Counted from the first letter of the stretch, positions 27,048 through 36,310 are shown. The stretch is DNA of 36,311 nucleotides from a virus (IMGVR_UViG_3300017773_000045:1-36311), one strand, 5' to 3'. Notes: generated from the sequence alone by a model not told the origin. Program-made: numbers and translations.

Positions 27048-27068
27048 AATATAATATAATATAAGTTA

Positions 27069-29450
27069 TTAAATATTTAAATCTTGATTTTGTTCAAAAT
27101 TTATGGGTAATAAGTTGTTTTGTTTTTGATCAGCAATAGCACTTTGCTGAGTACCTACTATCTTAGTTCTTTTATCTTTTCTATTTTCAATTTCCAGTTC
27201 GCGAGAAGCTTCTGTATTTACTTTCTGTTGACCTAACTGCATGTTGTAGTTAAATTCTAATTCCATTAACTCACGTTTTATTTGAGCCTCTGTTCTCATT
27301 CTTTCTATCTCAAATTGAGATTTACCTTTTTCAAACTTAAGTTTAGTATCTAGTTGAGCTTCTGATTTTTGTACTTCTGCAAGAGCGGAAGCTTCACTTG
27401 CTTGAGCGTTAGCTTGTCCTTGAGCTTGAATATTAGCTAAGTTAGCAGCTTGCGCAGCTTCTGCAGCTTTCTTACGTTTTAGCTTAATCATTTGATTAGC
27501 TAGCTTTAAGTTTCTAACTTGCCTAATATCTATAGCATCTTCTAAATTTATACTACCGCTAGACAATGCTGCTTGAATGTTCTGCTCTAATTGCTCTTTT
27601 TCTTTTTCATCTGGAACTAAGTCAAAGTAAATGCCAAAATCATACAGATGTATAGTTGACAAATCCTCTAATTGACCAACGTTCCATGTTGAAATGCTAT
27701 TTTTTAAAGCTTCTTTTGTTAAATCAAATTCAATACTATCAGAAGTTCTAAGCACTATGTTTTCACAAGTTTTAACAGTTAAATACAAATAAGCATTTAA
27801 TATATGTTTTGTTGCTGTATTAGAATTAGCAGCTGCAAGTTTTTGTAAACCTACTAAAGAATCTGAGTTTGGCATACTACCATCTCTAGCTTCATTAAGT
27901 CCGGTTACGTCTCTTATCATTTGTAAATAATACTGATATGTAGATATTAAAGAATTTATTTTTTGACCACCATCACTTTTAACTAATTCTTGTATTGGTA
28001 TTCTACCTGGATTAGGATCACCTTCAGTTGTCATTGATCTACCTAATATACTACCAGTTTGAAAATACATATTCAAAGCTTCTTTAGCATTATACGTAGT
28101 ACCGTTTCCTAAGTCTACCTCAGCTAAACCATCAACATCTAAATAAACACCATCAGGTATTACTTTAGATATTACTTGCTGTATTTTTAAATGAGTTAAC
28201 TGTATCATATCTGCAAAACCAGTCATACGACTTACAAGGCTTTCTATTCTGCCACCATACATTTTAGGGCAACAGATATTATAATTCATATTTACTTTAA
28301 CTAAGTTAGATTTTGGCCTTGTCATATTTTCAGCCATTTTCCACTCTAACATCATATCGTAACCTAAAACTTTAGCGCCACTATAAAGTACTTCAATTGA
28401 CCTACTAACTCTATCAAAGTTTTCATTTTCATTTGGATCAAAAGTATCTGGTTTTTCTAAAGCTTTTTCTAAACCTGTGGCAGTTCTTTTTATTTTAAAA
28501 ACCTGCTCACTAAAAGTCTTGTATTCAAAATAAAGTATATAAATATAATTACCATCTCTTTTGCCATTTCTGTTATATAAGAAGTTTCCATTACCTTGAT
28601 AGTCTTGTAGCTTTTTAAGTTCTTCACCTGTTAAGTTAGGAAATTGTTTCTTACAGTCTGCTAAAGATAATGCTTTTACTTCGCCTACATACCATAGGTC
28701 TTCAAAATTTGGATCTTCACTATATGAATAAACTAACTTAGAAGGGTCTACATAATCAACTTTAACACCTTCAGCTTTGTTCCAAGTTGTTTTAACAGCT
28801 CCAATACCTAGTATTACTAAATCTTCTATTACACGTTTTTTCTTTAAGTTATATCTATTAAACTCTAAAGTATTGTTAATAGCTTCTTCACAAGCTATTT
28901 CACTTGCTTGCTTATAGCTTAACTGCATATGAAGATCAAGCTCTTCTTTATTTTCTGGTAATTCTTCTGGCTTGTTAGTATTGAATAAATCCATACTCAA
29001 CACGCTTTGTATTTGTGCTAAAAATTCTTTTGCTTGCATATCTCTCAATATGTCTTCTGCGTATTTAGATCTAATACGTCTTGATTCTGGATCTTGTGCA
29101 AAAGCTTTAATATCATAAAGCTTATCATCCATACCGTTAACTACTATGTCTACAAACTTAGGTATAATAGGAACAGGTTTCCAGTCTAAATTTAAATAAC
29201 TTAAGTCACCGTTAATAGCTAGTTCATCTTTGTATTTTTGAACTGGTTGTTCTGCTCTAGCATATAATCTACGTAGCCTAAAATTATTGTAATTGCTATT
29301 AAACCTGTTTTCAACTCCAGATCTAGTTCCACTAAACCAATCACCTTCAATAGCCATACCAACTTGGCGGCCATAGTCCATGCTTTGTTTAGCTTCATCA
29401 GGTACTACCTGATCTGGAAAAGAACTATAAGTGTTTGTAATTTTCGTCAT
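27069..29450 (-). CDS. Portal protein, 793 aa
   Basis: Directly after terL. LNLDWKPVPIIPKFVDIVVNG and IRDVTGLNEARDGS motifs; long C-terminal Gln/Ala coiled coil (P22-like barrel). Confidence 0.88.
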   Translation of the reverse strand: MTKITNTYSSFPDQVVPDEAKQSMDYGRQVGMAIEGDWFSGTRSGVENRFNSNYNNFRLRRLYARAEQPVQKYKDELAINGDLSYLNLDWKPVPIIPKFVDIVVNGMDDKLYDIKAFAQDPESRRIRSKYAEDILRDMQAKEFLAQIQSVLSMDLFNTNKPEELPENKEELDLHMQLSYKQASEIACEEAINNTLEFNRYNLKKKRVIEDLVILGIGAVKTTWNKAEGVKVDYVDPSKLVYSYSEDPNFEDLWYVGEVKALSLADCKKQFPNLTGEELKKLQDYQGNGNFLYNRNGKRDGNYIYILYFEYKTFSEQVFKIKRTATGLEKALEKPDTFDPNENENFDRVSRSIEVLYSGAKVLGYDMMLEWKMAENMTRPKSNLVKVNMNYNICCPKMYGGRIESLVSRMTGFADMIQLTHLKIQQVISKVIPDGVYLDVDGLAEVDLGNGTTYNAKEALNMYFQTGSILGRSMTTEGDPNPGRIPIQELVKSDGGQKINSLISTYQYYLQMIRDVTGLNEARDGSMPNSDSLVGLQKLAAANSNTATKHILNAYLYLTVKTCENIVLRTSDSIEFDLTKEALKNSISTWNVGQLEDLSTIHLYDFGIYFDLVPDEKEKEQLEQNIQAALSSGSINLEDAIDIRQVRNLKLANQMIKLKRKKAAEAAQAANLANIQAQGQANAQASEASALAEVQKSEAQLDTKLKFEKGKSQFEIERMRTEAQIKRELMELEFNYNMQLGQQKVNTEASRELEIENRKDKRTKIVGTQQSAIADQKQNNLLPINFEQNQDLNI

Positions 29451-29453
29451 TTA

Positions 29454-31676
29454 TTATATTATTTGTGAAAAGGATCCTTTATTATTATATCTACGTATTC
29501 CTAAGTTAATGTTTTGTTGAACTCTAGTAGGAACTGGTCTATATTTGTTTTTATTACAAGCCATAATGGCTAATCCTGAACTAATAGAAGCATCATATTT
29601 AGTTCTATTATTAATATTAAACCTACTCCAGTCATCTAAAGTTTTTTGAAAATACATATCACCTACTTTGTTTTCAAGTTGGCCTACGTAATTTTCAATA
29701 TAATATTCAATAGCAGCAGCGTGTGCTTGCTTAATGTCTTCGCTTGAGTTAGGTATACCACCTATTTCTCTTTCAGCTACAGATAATTTGTTGTATATTT
29801 TATCAGGACGATTCATACTAAAACCTCTATAACCTCTACGTTTTAAATAATATAATAATCTTGGTTTATTGTTTTCAGCAAGTATTGGCATACTGTAAAA
29901 TGCTAAGGCCATTAATACATCTTCAAAAAATATTTCAGCTGTCTGAGGTCTAGCTATATACTCTAAGAAAAAATGATTAGGTGGTGCGTCTTCCATAGAA
30001 AACTTTGTTAATCCATGAAGTGCTCCTTTAGAGCCGCGACCATCAACAGTACCGCTAATGTCGTAAGAATCACAGCCGAAAGCTCCAATATGTTCGTTAC
30101 CTGGATATTTAGTTCCATTTTTTGTTATTATATTATTTTGCAGCTTTAATGGTGGAACCCATGAAACTAAAAACCTACCGTTTTTGTTTGGGTAAAATTC
30201 TACTTGAGAATCTTTAACTCCATCTAACCATTGAAAACTACCTTGTGCTACAGAAGATATATTATTTAGTTCTTCGTTAATATCTATTTGTTGATATATT
30301 TTAGTTAAATTAAACAAACTATCTTTAGTTTCATCTCTAAATGCGTGAGCTTCAGTTCTTGGAAATTGTCTGTAGTACTCGTTTAAAGCATCTTGATCAG
30401 ATTTTAATCCATCAACTTCGTTGTTCCAGTGTTGTATAACTCCTGTTGTAATATATCCACCATCAATTGTTTTGACTGGATCTTTTGGGTTTGTAAAGAT
30501 AGGTAGTCCGAAAGAATCCATGAATCCTTCGTAGTTCCACTCCATAGGTATGAACAAGCTATAGAGCCCAGAAGTTGTTTGTCCGTTTTTATTTCTTTTT
30601 GTAACGTCTGAATTGTAGTATAGTTTTTTAAAGTTGTCTCCACCTTTGTCTAAAGCATTTGAAGTTGAGCCCATCATACATTTACCGACGATTCTAGAAC
30701 CAAGTCTTAATGTAGTTTTTGTAACTCTCCAGTTGTTTAATATATTATCAGGTCTTTCCCATTTACCACTTTCGTCATGAGCTAGTATTTTTAGCTTTTC
30801 ACCATCATAAGAGTTGTCACCTGTGTTTTTCCAGTCAATAGTTGTATCAAGTCCGTCTAGTTCTTTAAGCTGTTCATTGCTTTCCATCTTTCTTCTAGTA
30901 AGCTTGGATGCTGGAACCCTATATGCCAACTCAGTCTTTGGCCGATCCATACCGTCTTGAATTGGTTTGAAGAAAAATGGATAGTTAACAGATATTGGTA
31001 CAACCTTATCCGTAAACATTTTTTTAGCATCAGCACCTGACTTAGAGAGTATACCAAATCTACAGTCTGAGGATATTGTGGCTTGATTAACAAGTTCTGA
31101 GCTTGCCATAAAGCTAAATCCAGATCGTCTGTTTTTAAGGTAACAAATTCCGTAACACCTATGGTCTGCTTTACAGGCTTCCCAAAATATAAAGAATAAT
31201 CTATTTGACTCTCTGTATTCTGGCGCTCCAATGTCAATTTTTGACCATTGCAAGTACATGTAATGAGTACCAGTAATGTAAGTATCAATACCATTATTAC
31301 AAAACCAAAATCCTTTTTCTCGTCTAGTAAATTCATTATCAATATAATCGTACCATTTTTCTTTAAAATCTAAAGAGTATTCTTCCCAGTCAAATCTTGT
31401 TTTAATTCGTTGTAGCTCTTTTGGGTATTCAAATTTTGCCCATCGTTGCTCCTCTTTTTTTTCGCTTCGTTTAAACGGTTCACTTGCTGCTGGTAGAGCA
31501 ATGCGGAGACCTTGTATTTCAATGATTGTTCCAATTTTACCTGTTTTACTTATTACTACAAAATCATACTCCACATTATAACCATACTCCCACTTTTTAA
31601 ATCTATTGTTTTTAGCTAATATCTTGGGGTTAATAACATCTTTTATTTCTTTACAAAGAGTTTGTTCGTAAATCAC
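29454..31676 (-). CDS. terL: Terminase large subunit, 740 aa (GTG start)
   Basis: Walker-A-like LKNRRSGFS, Walker B ILAHDESGKW, coupling motif MGSTSN, RQFP.TE..AF, nuclease GCDSYD...ENN...YDASISSGLA. Confidence 0.92.
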   Translation of the reverse strand: MIYEQTLCKEIKDVINPKILAKNNRFKKWEYGYNVEYDFVVISKTGKIGTIIEIQGLRIALPAASEPFKRSEKKEEQRWAKFEYPKELQRIKTRFDWEEYSLDFKEKWYDYIDNEFTRREKGFWFCNNGIDTYITGTHYMYLQWSKIDIGAPEYRESNRLFFIFWEACKADHRCYGICYLKNRRSGFSFMASSELVNQATISSDCRFGILSKSGADAKKMFTDKVVPISVNYPFFFKPIQDGMDRPKTELAYRVPASKLTRRKMESNEQLKELDGLDTTIDWKNTGDNSYDGEKLKILAHDESGKWERPDNILNNWRVTKTTLRLGSRIVGKCMMGSTSNALDKGGDNFKKLYYNSDVTKRNKNGQTTSGLYSLFIPMEWNYEGFMDSFGLPIFTNPKDPVKTIDGGYITTGVIQHWNNEVDGLKSDQDALNEYYRQFPRTEAHAFRDETKDSLFNLTKIYQQIDINEELNNISSVAQGSFQWLDGVKDSQVEFYPNKNGRFLVSWVPPLKLQNNIITKNGTKYPGNEHIGAFGCDSYDISGTVDGRGSKGALHGLTKFSMEDAPPNHFFLEYIARPQTAEIFFEDVLMALAFYSMPILAENNKPRLLYYLKRRGYRGFSMNRPDKIYNKLSVAEREIGGIPNSSEDIKQAHAAAIEYYIENYVGQLENKVGDMYFQKTLDDWSRFNINNRTKYDASISSGLAIMACNKNKYRPVPTRVQQNINLGIRRYNNKGSFSQII

Positions 31677-31945
31677 TTGCTTCTCCCTTCTGCAAAACCT
31701 TTAAATGACTTTACTTCTTTTGTTTTATCTTCGCCATTTAATGCAGCTTCTTCTTCTTCAATACGTTGTAGTATTTCAAACGCGTCCATAATACAAAGCT
31801 TTTTAGTTGCTGCAGCATTCTTTAATCTATCAGCGCTTATGTCTTCACCTGTATCTACTATAGGCTCTTTAGCAACTTTAATTAACTCATTAACTGCTTT
31901 TTGTCCAGCTTGGATTATATTCTTTCTCGTCTCCTTTGTTTTCAT
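31673..31945 (-). CDS. Putative terminase small subunit, 90 aa
   Basis: Helical ORF overlapping the terL start (GTGA). ADRLKNAAATKKL motif; KGFAEGRSK tail. Confidence 0.55.
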   Translation of the reverse strand: MKTKETRKNIIQAGQKAVNELIKVAKEPIVDTGEDISADRLKNAAATKKLCIMDAFEILQRIEEEEAALNGEDKTKEVKSFKGFAEGRSK

Positions 31946-32483
31946 GAGTTAAAGCTATATTATTTGATTTCATACAATAAAGTCGTTCATCACCTATAAT
32001 AAACTCAAACTCTGAGTTAGGTGTAAACGTTACAAGTGTTCCAGGTGTTATTCCTACGTCTTCTAAGGAACTATTGCTATATCTAACTATACCAACGTTA
32101 GGTTTCTCTTTTAGTGTGTTAAAACTATCTGTATCATGTACTGGTGAAATAAAGCAATAGTCATTAAAAGCCTTACCATTATACATGTATATCTGGTTAG
32201 GTGCACAAAAATATAAGTCGTCTTTAAAATAAGTTGCGCTATTACGTTCTTTACCTTTTTGATCGTACCATCTTCTAAACAAGTTATGATGTACATATAA
32301 CTTATCTCCAACTTTAATAGGTGAGCTATAAGCAGCTGGTATAGAAACAACAACTGCTTCTTTGCTCACGAATAGGTGGTTTTCTATAGTGGTATTAATA
32401 ATAAGTGTTTTATCACCTACTTTTCTTATATTGTCATATCTTGATTTAAGAGGTTTGACAATAAAGCTATATAAGCTTTTCAT
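31890..32483 (-). CDS. Co-chaperonin GroES-like protein with two tandem GroES-like domains, 197 aa
   Basis: Unit 1: FIVKP...AVVVSIP...IKVGDKLYV. Unit 2: YCFISPV...EKPNVGIVRY...GITPGTLVTF...EF.IGDERLYCMKSNNIAL. Confidence 0.65.
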   Translation of the reverse strand: MKSLYSFIVKPLKSRYDNIRKVGDKTLIINTTIENHLFVSKEAVVVSIPAAYSSPIKVGDKLYVHHNLFRRWYDQKGKERNSATYFKDDLYFCAPNQIYMYNGKAFNDYCFISPVHDTDSFNTLKEKPNVGIVRYSNSSLEDVGITPGTLVTFTPNSEFEFIIGDERLYCMKSNNIALTHENKGDEKEYNPSWTKSS

Positions 32484-32707
32484 TAATATTTAAGATCGTA
32501 TTCAACAGATATAGCCATATTATTATTAAACTTTTTCCAAGGAAGTACTTCGCTAGATTTAGTTATAAAAATATTATATGAATTGTCTTTATCGTCAAAC
32601 AAAATATTAGATATTGTATGACCACCATAAACTTCTTGATCTAAAGAATAATGCATAGCATCATTTTTATAATCAGAACCTATACTAATCTTCCTTATTA
32701 CTGACAT
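32483..32707 (-). CDS. Conserved hypothetical phage protein, 74 aa (MSVIRKISIGSDYKNDAMHY...)
   Basis: The ATG at 32707 is preferred over the upstream start in the ORF track because it minimises overlap. IRKISIG.DYK..AMHY and WKKFN.NM.ISVEY motifs. Confidence 0.7.
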   Translation of the reverse strand: MSVIRKISIGSDYKNDAMHYSLDQEVYGGHTISNILFDDKDNSYNIFITKSSEVLPWKKFNNNMAISVEYDLKY

Positions 32708-32957
32708 CTTCTTCGTTTCTTGTCCAATCACCAGTTTGAAGATCAATATTTATATGACCATACTTATCTTGTAATTCTTTTTTAGTACCATCTACTGTAA
32801 CATTAGCATCAGCTAATTCATGAAGTAGTGCGTGTTTTTTAGATTCAAGATAACCTAACTCCATTAGTATAGAGTTGACTTTATTTTGTTGTTGTTGAAT
32901 TTTATCTAGTTCTGCTTTGGTAACTTTACCACGCATTCTATTCTTTATATTTGACAT
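32685..32957 (-). CDS. Hypothetical coiled-coil protein, 90 aa
   Basis: Heptad pattern ending in L..KYG.INIDL.TG. A-rich leader AATTAAATTAAATCAA. Confidence 0.7.
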   Translation of the reverse strand: MSNIKNRMRGKVTKAELDKIQQQQNKVNSILMELGYLESKKHALLHELADANVTVDGTKKELQDKYGHINIDLQTGDWTRNEEDVSNKED

Positions 32958-32986
32958 TTGATTTAATTTAATTGTTTGTTTTTGTT

Positions 32987-33547
32987 TTAGTATATTGCTA
33001 CTAAATTGGAACCTGATACAACACCTTTTGCTAACATAGGTGCTTTGTCTCCTACAACTGTTCCTGGTTGTACTTTTGGAAATACTACGTTTGTACCTGC
33101 TTCTGTTATTATTTCAACACTTTGTTCTGCATTACCATTATATATTACAGCTCCTCTATCATTAGTAGCTAAACCTGGTAAAGTTAAACCATCTGCTAAA
33201 ACAGTAAGTTTAGCACCTGTCCCACCACTAGTTGCTGCATCAAGTGTGATTAAATTATTTACATCATAGCCACTACCTGCTGTTATAATTTCTACAGCTT
33301 GTAATGTTCCAGCTGCTGACACTTCAGTTATGTTAACTTGAATACCTGTTCCACCACTAGGGGTAGTTGCACCTGACTGGCCAAGCGTATCGCCTACATC
33401 TGATTGATCATAACCAGATCCGACTACACTTATACTAACAGCTTCTATTGCTGGTATTCTTATATTTATTGCCCCAGCTATAACTGCCGCAGCGTCGTGG
33501 CCAAACACTCTTGGTTGAGCCATCATATTTCCTTCTAAACCTCTCAT
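32987..33547 (-). CDS. Putative structural protein with inserted GSGY...SGGTG repeats, 186 aa
   Basis: Gly/Ala/Thr/Val-rich, with two GSGYD...SGGTG units. Confidence 0.6.
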   Translation of the reverse strand: MRGLEGNMMAQPRVFGHDAAAVIAGAINIRIPAIEAVSISVVGSGYDQSDVGDTLGQSGATTPSGGTGIQVNITEVSAAGTLQAVEIITAGSGYDVNNLITLDAATSGGTGAKLTVLADGLTLPGLATNDRGAVIYNGNAEQSVEIITEAGTNVVFPKVQPGTVVGDKAPMLAKGVVSGSNLVAIY

Positions 33548-33549
33548 GT

Positions 33550-33999
33550 TTATTTATTTATTTTTGTTATTTTTTCAGCACCACGACTTCCGAAGTATGC
33601 TACGTAAACTGTTACCAGCAATGTTTTTAATAAGTTTATCCATGACTCATCTACATCAAATTGTAAATGAAATGAATCTACAGCCATCATGAATACAGCT
33701 GATGTAGTTAAAAATATTAAAGCTAACGGTCTAGTGTTTTTACTTAACCAAGAATCTGATTTCATATCAGATCTCCATCTGCTAGATACTTCTTTCATTT
33801 CAGCTATATCTTGTTCTATAAGCTTCATAGCCTGCTCTTTATCTACTTCATCAATCTTACTATCACTTGATATAAGATTTTTTACTACACCAAGAGTTCC
33901 TTGATTAGGTAATACGTCGCCTAACGCTTGTAAAACTTTAGGAGCTTTACTAGCTAAAAATGCTCCTACTTTAGTTTCTTTAAATGTTTTCTTTTCCAT
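33550..33999 (-). CDS. Holin (3TM gene-transfer-release-like family), 149 aa
   Basis: RW.SDM.SDSWLSKNTRP, two TM helices, AYFGSRGAEK motif. Near the endolysin. Confidence 0.8.
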   Translation of the reverse strand: MEKKTFKETKVGAFLASKAPKVLQALGDVLPNQGTLGVVKNLISSDSKIDEVDKEQAMKLIEQDIAEMKEVSSRWRSDMKSDSWLSKNTRPLALIFLTTSAVFMMAVDSFHLQFDVDESWINLLKTLLVTVYVAYFGSRGAEKITKINK

Positions 34000-35421
34000 T
34001 TAAATATCGAATTTTTGATTATTTAATTCTGCTATTTTCTTTTGAAGCTCTGCTTCTTTTCTATTAATTTCATTAGTGTGAGCACCTTTAATTCTTCCAT
34101 CTTCGTCTCTATATTCAGCGTTTAATTTATCTATTGCTTCTTGCTTTTTTAACTTTTGAGTATTAGTTCCTGTAAATATATCTGGAAATGCCTCTTGAGC
34201 TTTAGCTAACTCTGTTGAAGTTAGTTCATAATTACGCTTCTTTTGTTTAGTGTTTTCTCCAGTAATAGCTTTTCTAAGATCACTATATTGTCCACTAGAA
34301 CCTTTCATACCTGCTTTTGCAGCTGCTTCTTTTTGTTCTTCAAGTAATTGCGCAAGCGTGACGTCACCAGAGGCAACTGGGTCACTAGTTCCTGTTTTTG
34401 GCTTGTCATAAACAAACTTCATGTTATCCATAGCTGCCGCAGTTGATCCATATTCTTTTACTAAAGCTTTAAAGTCTTGACCTGGTTTTAATGTTATACT
34501 ACCACTACCGTATTCAATCTTTGGTAAATCACCACCTTTAGTAAAAAGATCATCATAGTAATTATAGCTTGCCATTTTATCTTTATACTCTTTTTCAACT
34601 TTGCTAAGCTGATTTCTAAATTTTGCGTTGTATTGCTCAGCGCTCATGCCAGAAGGTTTGTTTTTAAAACTTGAAGATTGTTGTATAGAGTCAACGCTTC
34701 CACTTGCACCTTTAGTGAATCCTTGCCAATTTATCCTGCCTTGATCATCTCTTTTAATATCTATAGTACCTTGCCCATCACTTTCACGCCTATGAATTAA
34801 CTGCCCTGTTTCAGGAGAAAAATAAACCGTATCTCCTGCATAAGGTGTTCCAGAAGGTGTTGGATCTCCTTCATTTAAAGCAAAAGGTGTAAACTTTTTA
34901 ATCATAGTTGGTCCAAAGTTTTCATTCATTGAAACTTTACTTTTATCACGTTTTCTCCCAAATTTATGTCTAGAACCAATTTTTTGAAAAGCAAGTGGTG
35001 TATCATCTTTCATATTAGGTGGTCCATCTAACTTATTAGGATTAGGCCTCATATCTTTTTCTTCTAAATTGTCACCAGCTTTATAAGCATCTTTTTCCCA
35101 AGGTAAAGACTTATCACTTTCATTAAAGTTTTTTCTGTCAACTCTTTTAACACCTTTGCCATCTAAATTGTGGTAAACAGCATTATCATCATAAGCTAGT
35201 TTACCATCCATCATATCTTTTAAATGGTGATCCTCGTGAGACTCCGCTTCTTTTCTAAGTTTAGAATTTAAAGGAATATTTTTATTAACGATCATAGTGC
35301 CGTTATCATTAGCTTTAGCAACTAAACCATTATCATCGCCAACATTATCAGGTGTAAACGGAACTTCATACCTTGCAACGGGATCTATACCGTAAGGTGC
35401 TTTTAATTTAAACTTTGCCAT
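34000..35421 (-). CDS. Zincin-like metallopeptidase domain protein with long C-terminal extension, about 473 aa
   Basis: Start at MAKFKLK (35421), just after the upstream stop. A.DNGTM.VN...HEDHH...LPWEKDAY gives HExxH plus a downstream Glu. Confidence 0.65.
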   Translation of the reverse strand: MAKFKLKAPYGIDPVARYEVPFTPDNVGDDNGLVAKANDNGTMIVNKNIPLNSKLRKEAESHEDHHLKDMMDGKLAYDDNAVYHNLDGKGVKRVDRKNFNESDKSLPWEKDAYKAGDNLEEKDMRPNPNKLDGPPNMKDDTPLAFQKIGSRHKFGRKRDKSKVSMNENFGPTMIKKFTPFALNEGDPTPSGTPYAGDTVYFSPETGQLIHRRESDGQGTIDIKRDDQGRINWQGFTKGASGSVDSIQQSSSFKNKPSGMSAEQYNAKFRNQLSKVEKEYKDKMASYNYYDDLFTKGGDLPKIEYGSGSITLKPGQDFKALVKEYGSTAAAMDNMKFVYDKPKTGTSDPVASGDVTLAQLLEEQKEAAAKAGMKGSSGQYSDLRKAITGENTKQKKRNYELTSTELAKAQEAFPDIFTGTNTQKLKKQEAIDKLNAEYRDEDGRIKGAHTNEINRKEAELQKKIAELNNQKFDI

Positions 35422-35422
35422 A

Positions 35423-35764
35423 TTAACATCTCCAACGTTTTCTAGCTGCTTTACCTCTCTCACCAGTCCAACTTTTTGATCTAGCACAAAAAGATTTTCT
35501 TCTAGCAGCATCTTTACTTCCAGGTTTTACATTCTTCTTCGTCACAGGAGCAGAAAGCGTGCTACCTGGATTTTGTTTTTTATATTTAGCTCTACCTGCC
35601 GCTGTCATACCAGCACCCTCTTTAACAGACAAAAAGTTTCTACCTTTACCTTTTGTAGTTTTACGTAGAGAAGGTCCACTTGACTTTCTACAACTACCTT
35701 TCTGTCCAGCGCTAGTGCCAGGAACTCTTTCATAACCTTTCCAACAAGATAAACCGCCTACCAT
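35423..35764 (-). CDS. Small basic phage protein (CWKGY module plus DUF6321-like module), 113 aa
   Basis: SCWKGYERV...GSCRK and GMTAAGRAKY...NPGSTL.APVT...ARRKSFCAR...RW.C motifs. Confidence 0.75.
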   Translation of the reverse strand: MVGGLSCWKGYERVPGTSAGQKGSCRKSSGPSLRKTTKGKGRNFLSVKEGAGMTAAGRAKYKKQNPGSTLSAPVTKKNVKPGSKDAARRKSFCARSKSWTGERGKAARKRWRC

Positions 35765-36171
35765 TTTTTCTTCTTGCTAGGAACTTCAACTTCTTTAACT
35801 ATAACGGTTGTTTTAGGTTTTCTATTTTTTAGTTCCTCTAATTGTTTATTTAGCTCTTCTAACTTTCCATCTGCCTCAGTTCCGTCTTTTACTAAAGTAG
35901 AAGTAATTTTAACTTCTTCTTTTAATATATCTTGAGTTGCTTCTAATACTTCAACTTGATCTTTTAGTTGTATTATCATCTTCTCATTCCAAGTTTCTTT
36001 TAGCTCATATTCTAAACGAGTAACTTCTATAGGTGGTAATTTTCTAGCTTCTTCAATATCTGCTTGCAACGTGTAATACATACCTACAAAAGAGGCTGTA
36101 ACCATTATTATTGCTACTACAGTTTTTAAGTCAAGTTGTATATTTGTGTTCTCAGATATTTTTGTACTCAT
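35758..36171 (-). CDS. Membrane-anchored coiled-coil protein (possible spanin-like lysis protein), about 137 aa
   Basis: Likely start MSTKISENT overlaps the endolysin 3' end. One N-terminal TM (VVAIIMVTASFVGMYYTL), then a coiled coil. Confidence 0.6.
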   Translation of the reverse strand: MSTKISENTNIQLDLKTVVAIIMVTASFVGMYYTLQADIEEARKLPPIEVTRLEYELKETWNEKMIIQLKDQVEVLEATQDILKEEVKITSTLVKDGTEADGKLEELNKQLEELKNRKPKTTVIVKEVEVPSKKKKW

Positions 36172-36310
36172 TGGTTGCATCAAATGACGGGCATGCTTTA
36201 TTAGCAAACTCGTTGTGTGAATATATAGTTGCTTCAGGGTACATAGCTTTTAATGTTCTAATAACAGCTAGTAGTCCTTCTTTTTGTTTTTCGTTTCTAG
36301 TATCTTTCGG
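36152..36310 (-). CDS. N-acetylmuramoyl-L-alanine amidase endolysin (T7 lysozyme-like), C-terminal part only
   Basis: Hand translation PKDTRNEKQKEGLLAVIRTLKAMYPEATIYSHNEFANKACPSFDATNEYKNI* contains the D.R...Q, His and KACPSFD Zn-ligand motifs of Amidase_2. Truncated by the window edge. Confidence 0.88.
   Translation of the reverse strand, partial: PKDTRNEKQKEGLLAVIRTLKAMYPEATIYSHNEFANKACPSFDATNEYKNI

Noticed and set aside
30404-31342. Alternative-frame ORFs inside terL (79 and 161 aa), considered as an intron, homing endonuclease or frameshift product
   Set aside because: terL is continuous with all motifs in one frame, and the nested ORFs have no HNH, LAGLIDADG or GIY-YIG motifs.
3315-33904. 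Numerous short + strand ORFs (e.g. 3315, 5087, 7071, 8778, 12192, 12712, 13504, 24495, 25594, 26788, 31662, 33006, 33689)
   Set aside because: All lie antisense within well-supported minus-strand genes and have shadow-ORF composition.
35422-35511. N-terminal 30-aa extension of the 503-aa ORF (and similar extensions at 32708-32746 and 36172-36207)
   Set aside because: These overlap upstream genes; downstream ATGs adjacent to the upstream stops are more plausible starts.
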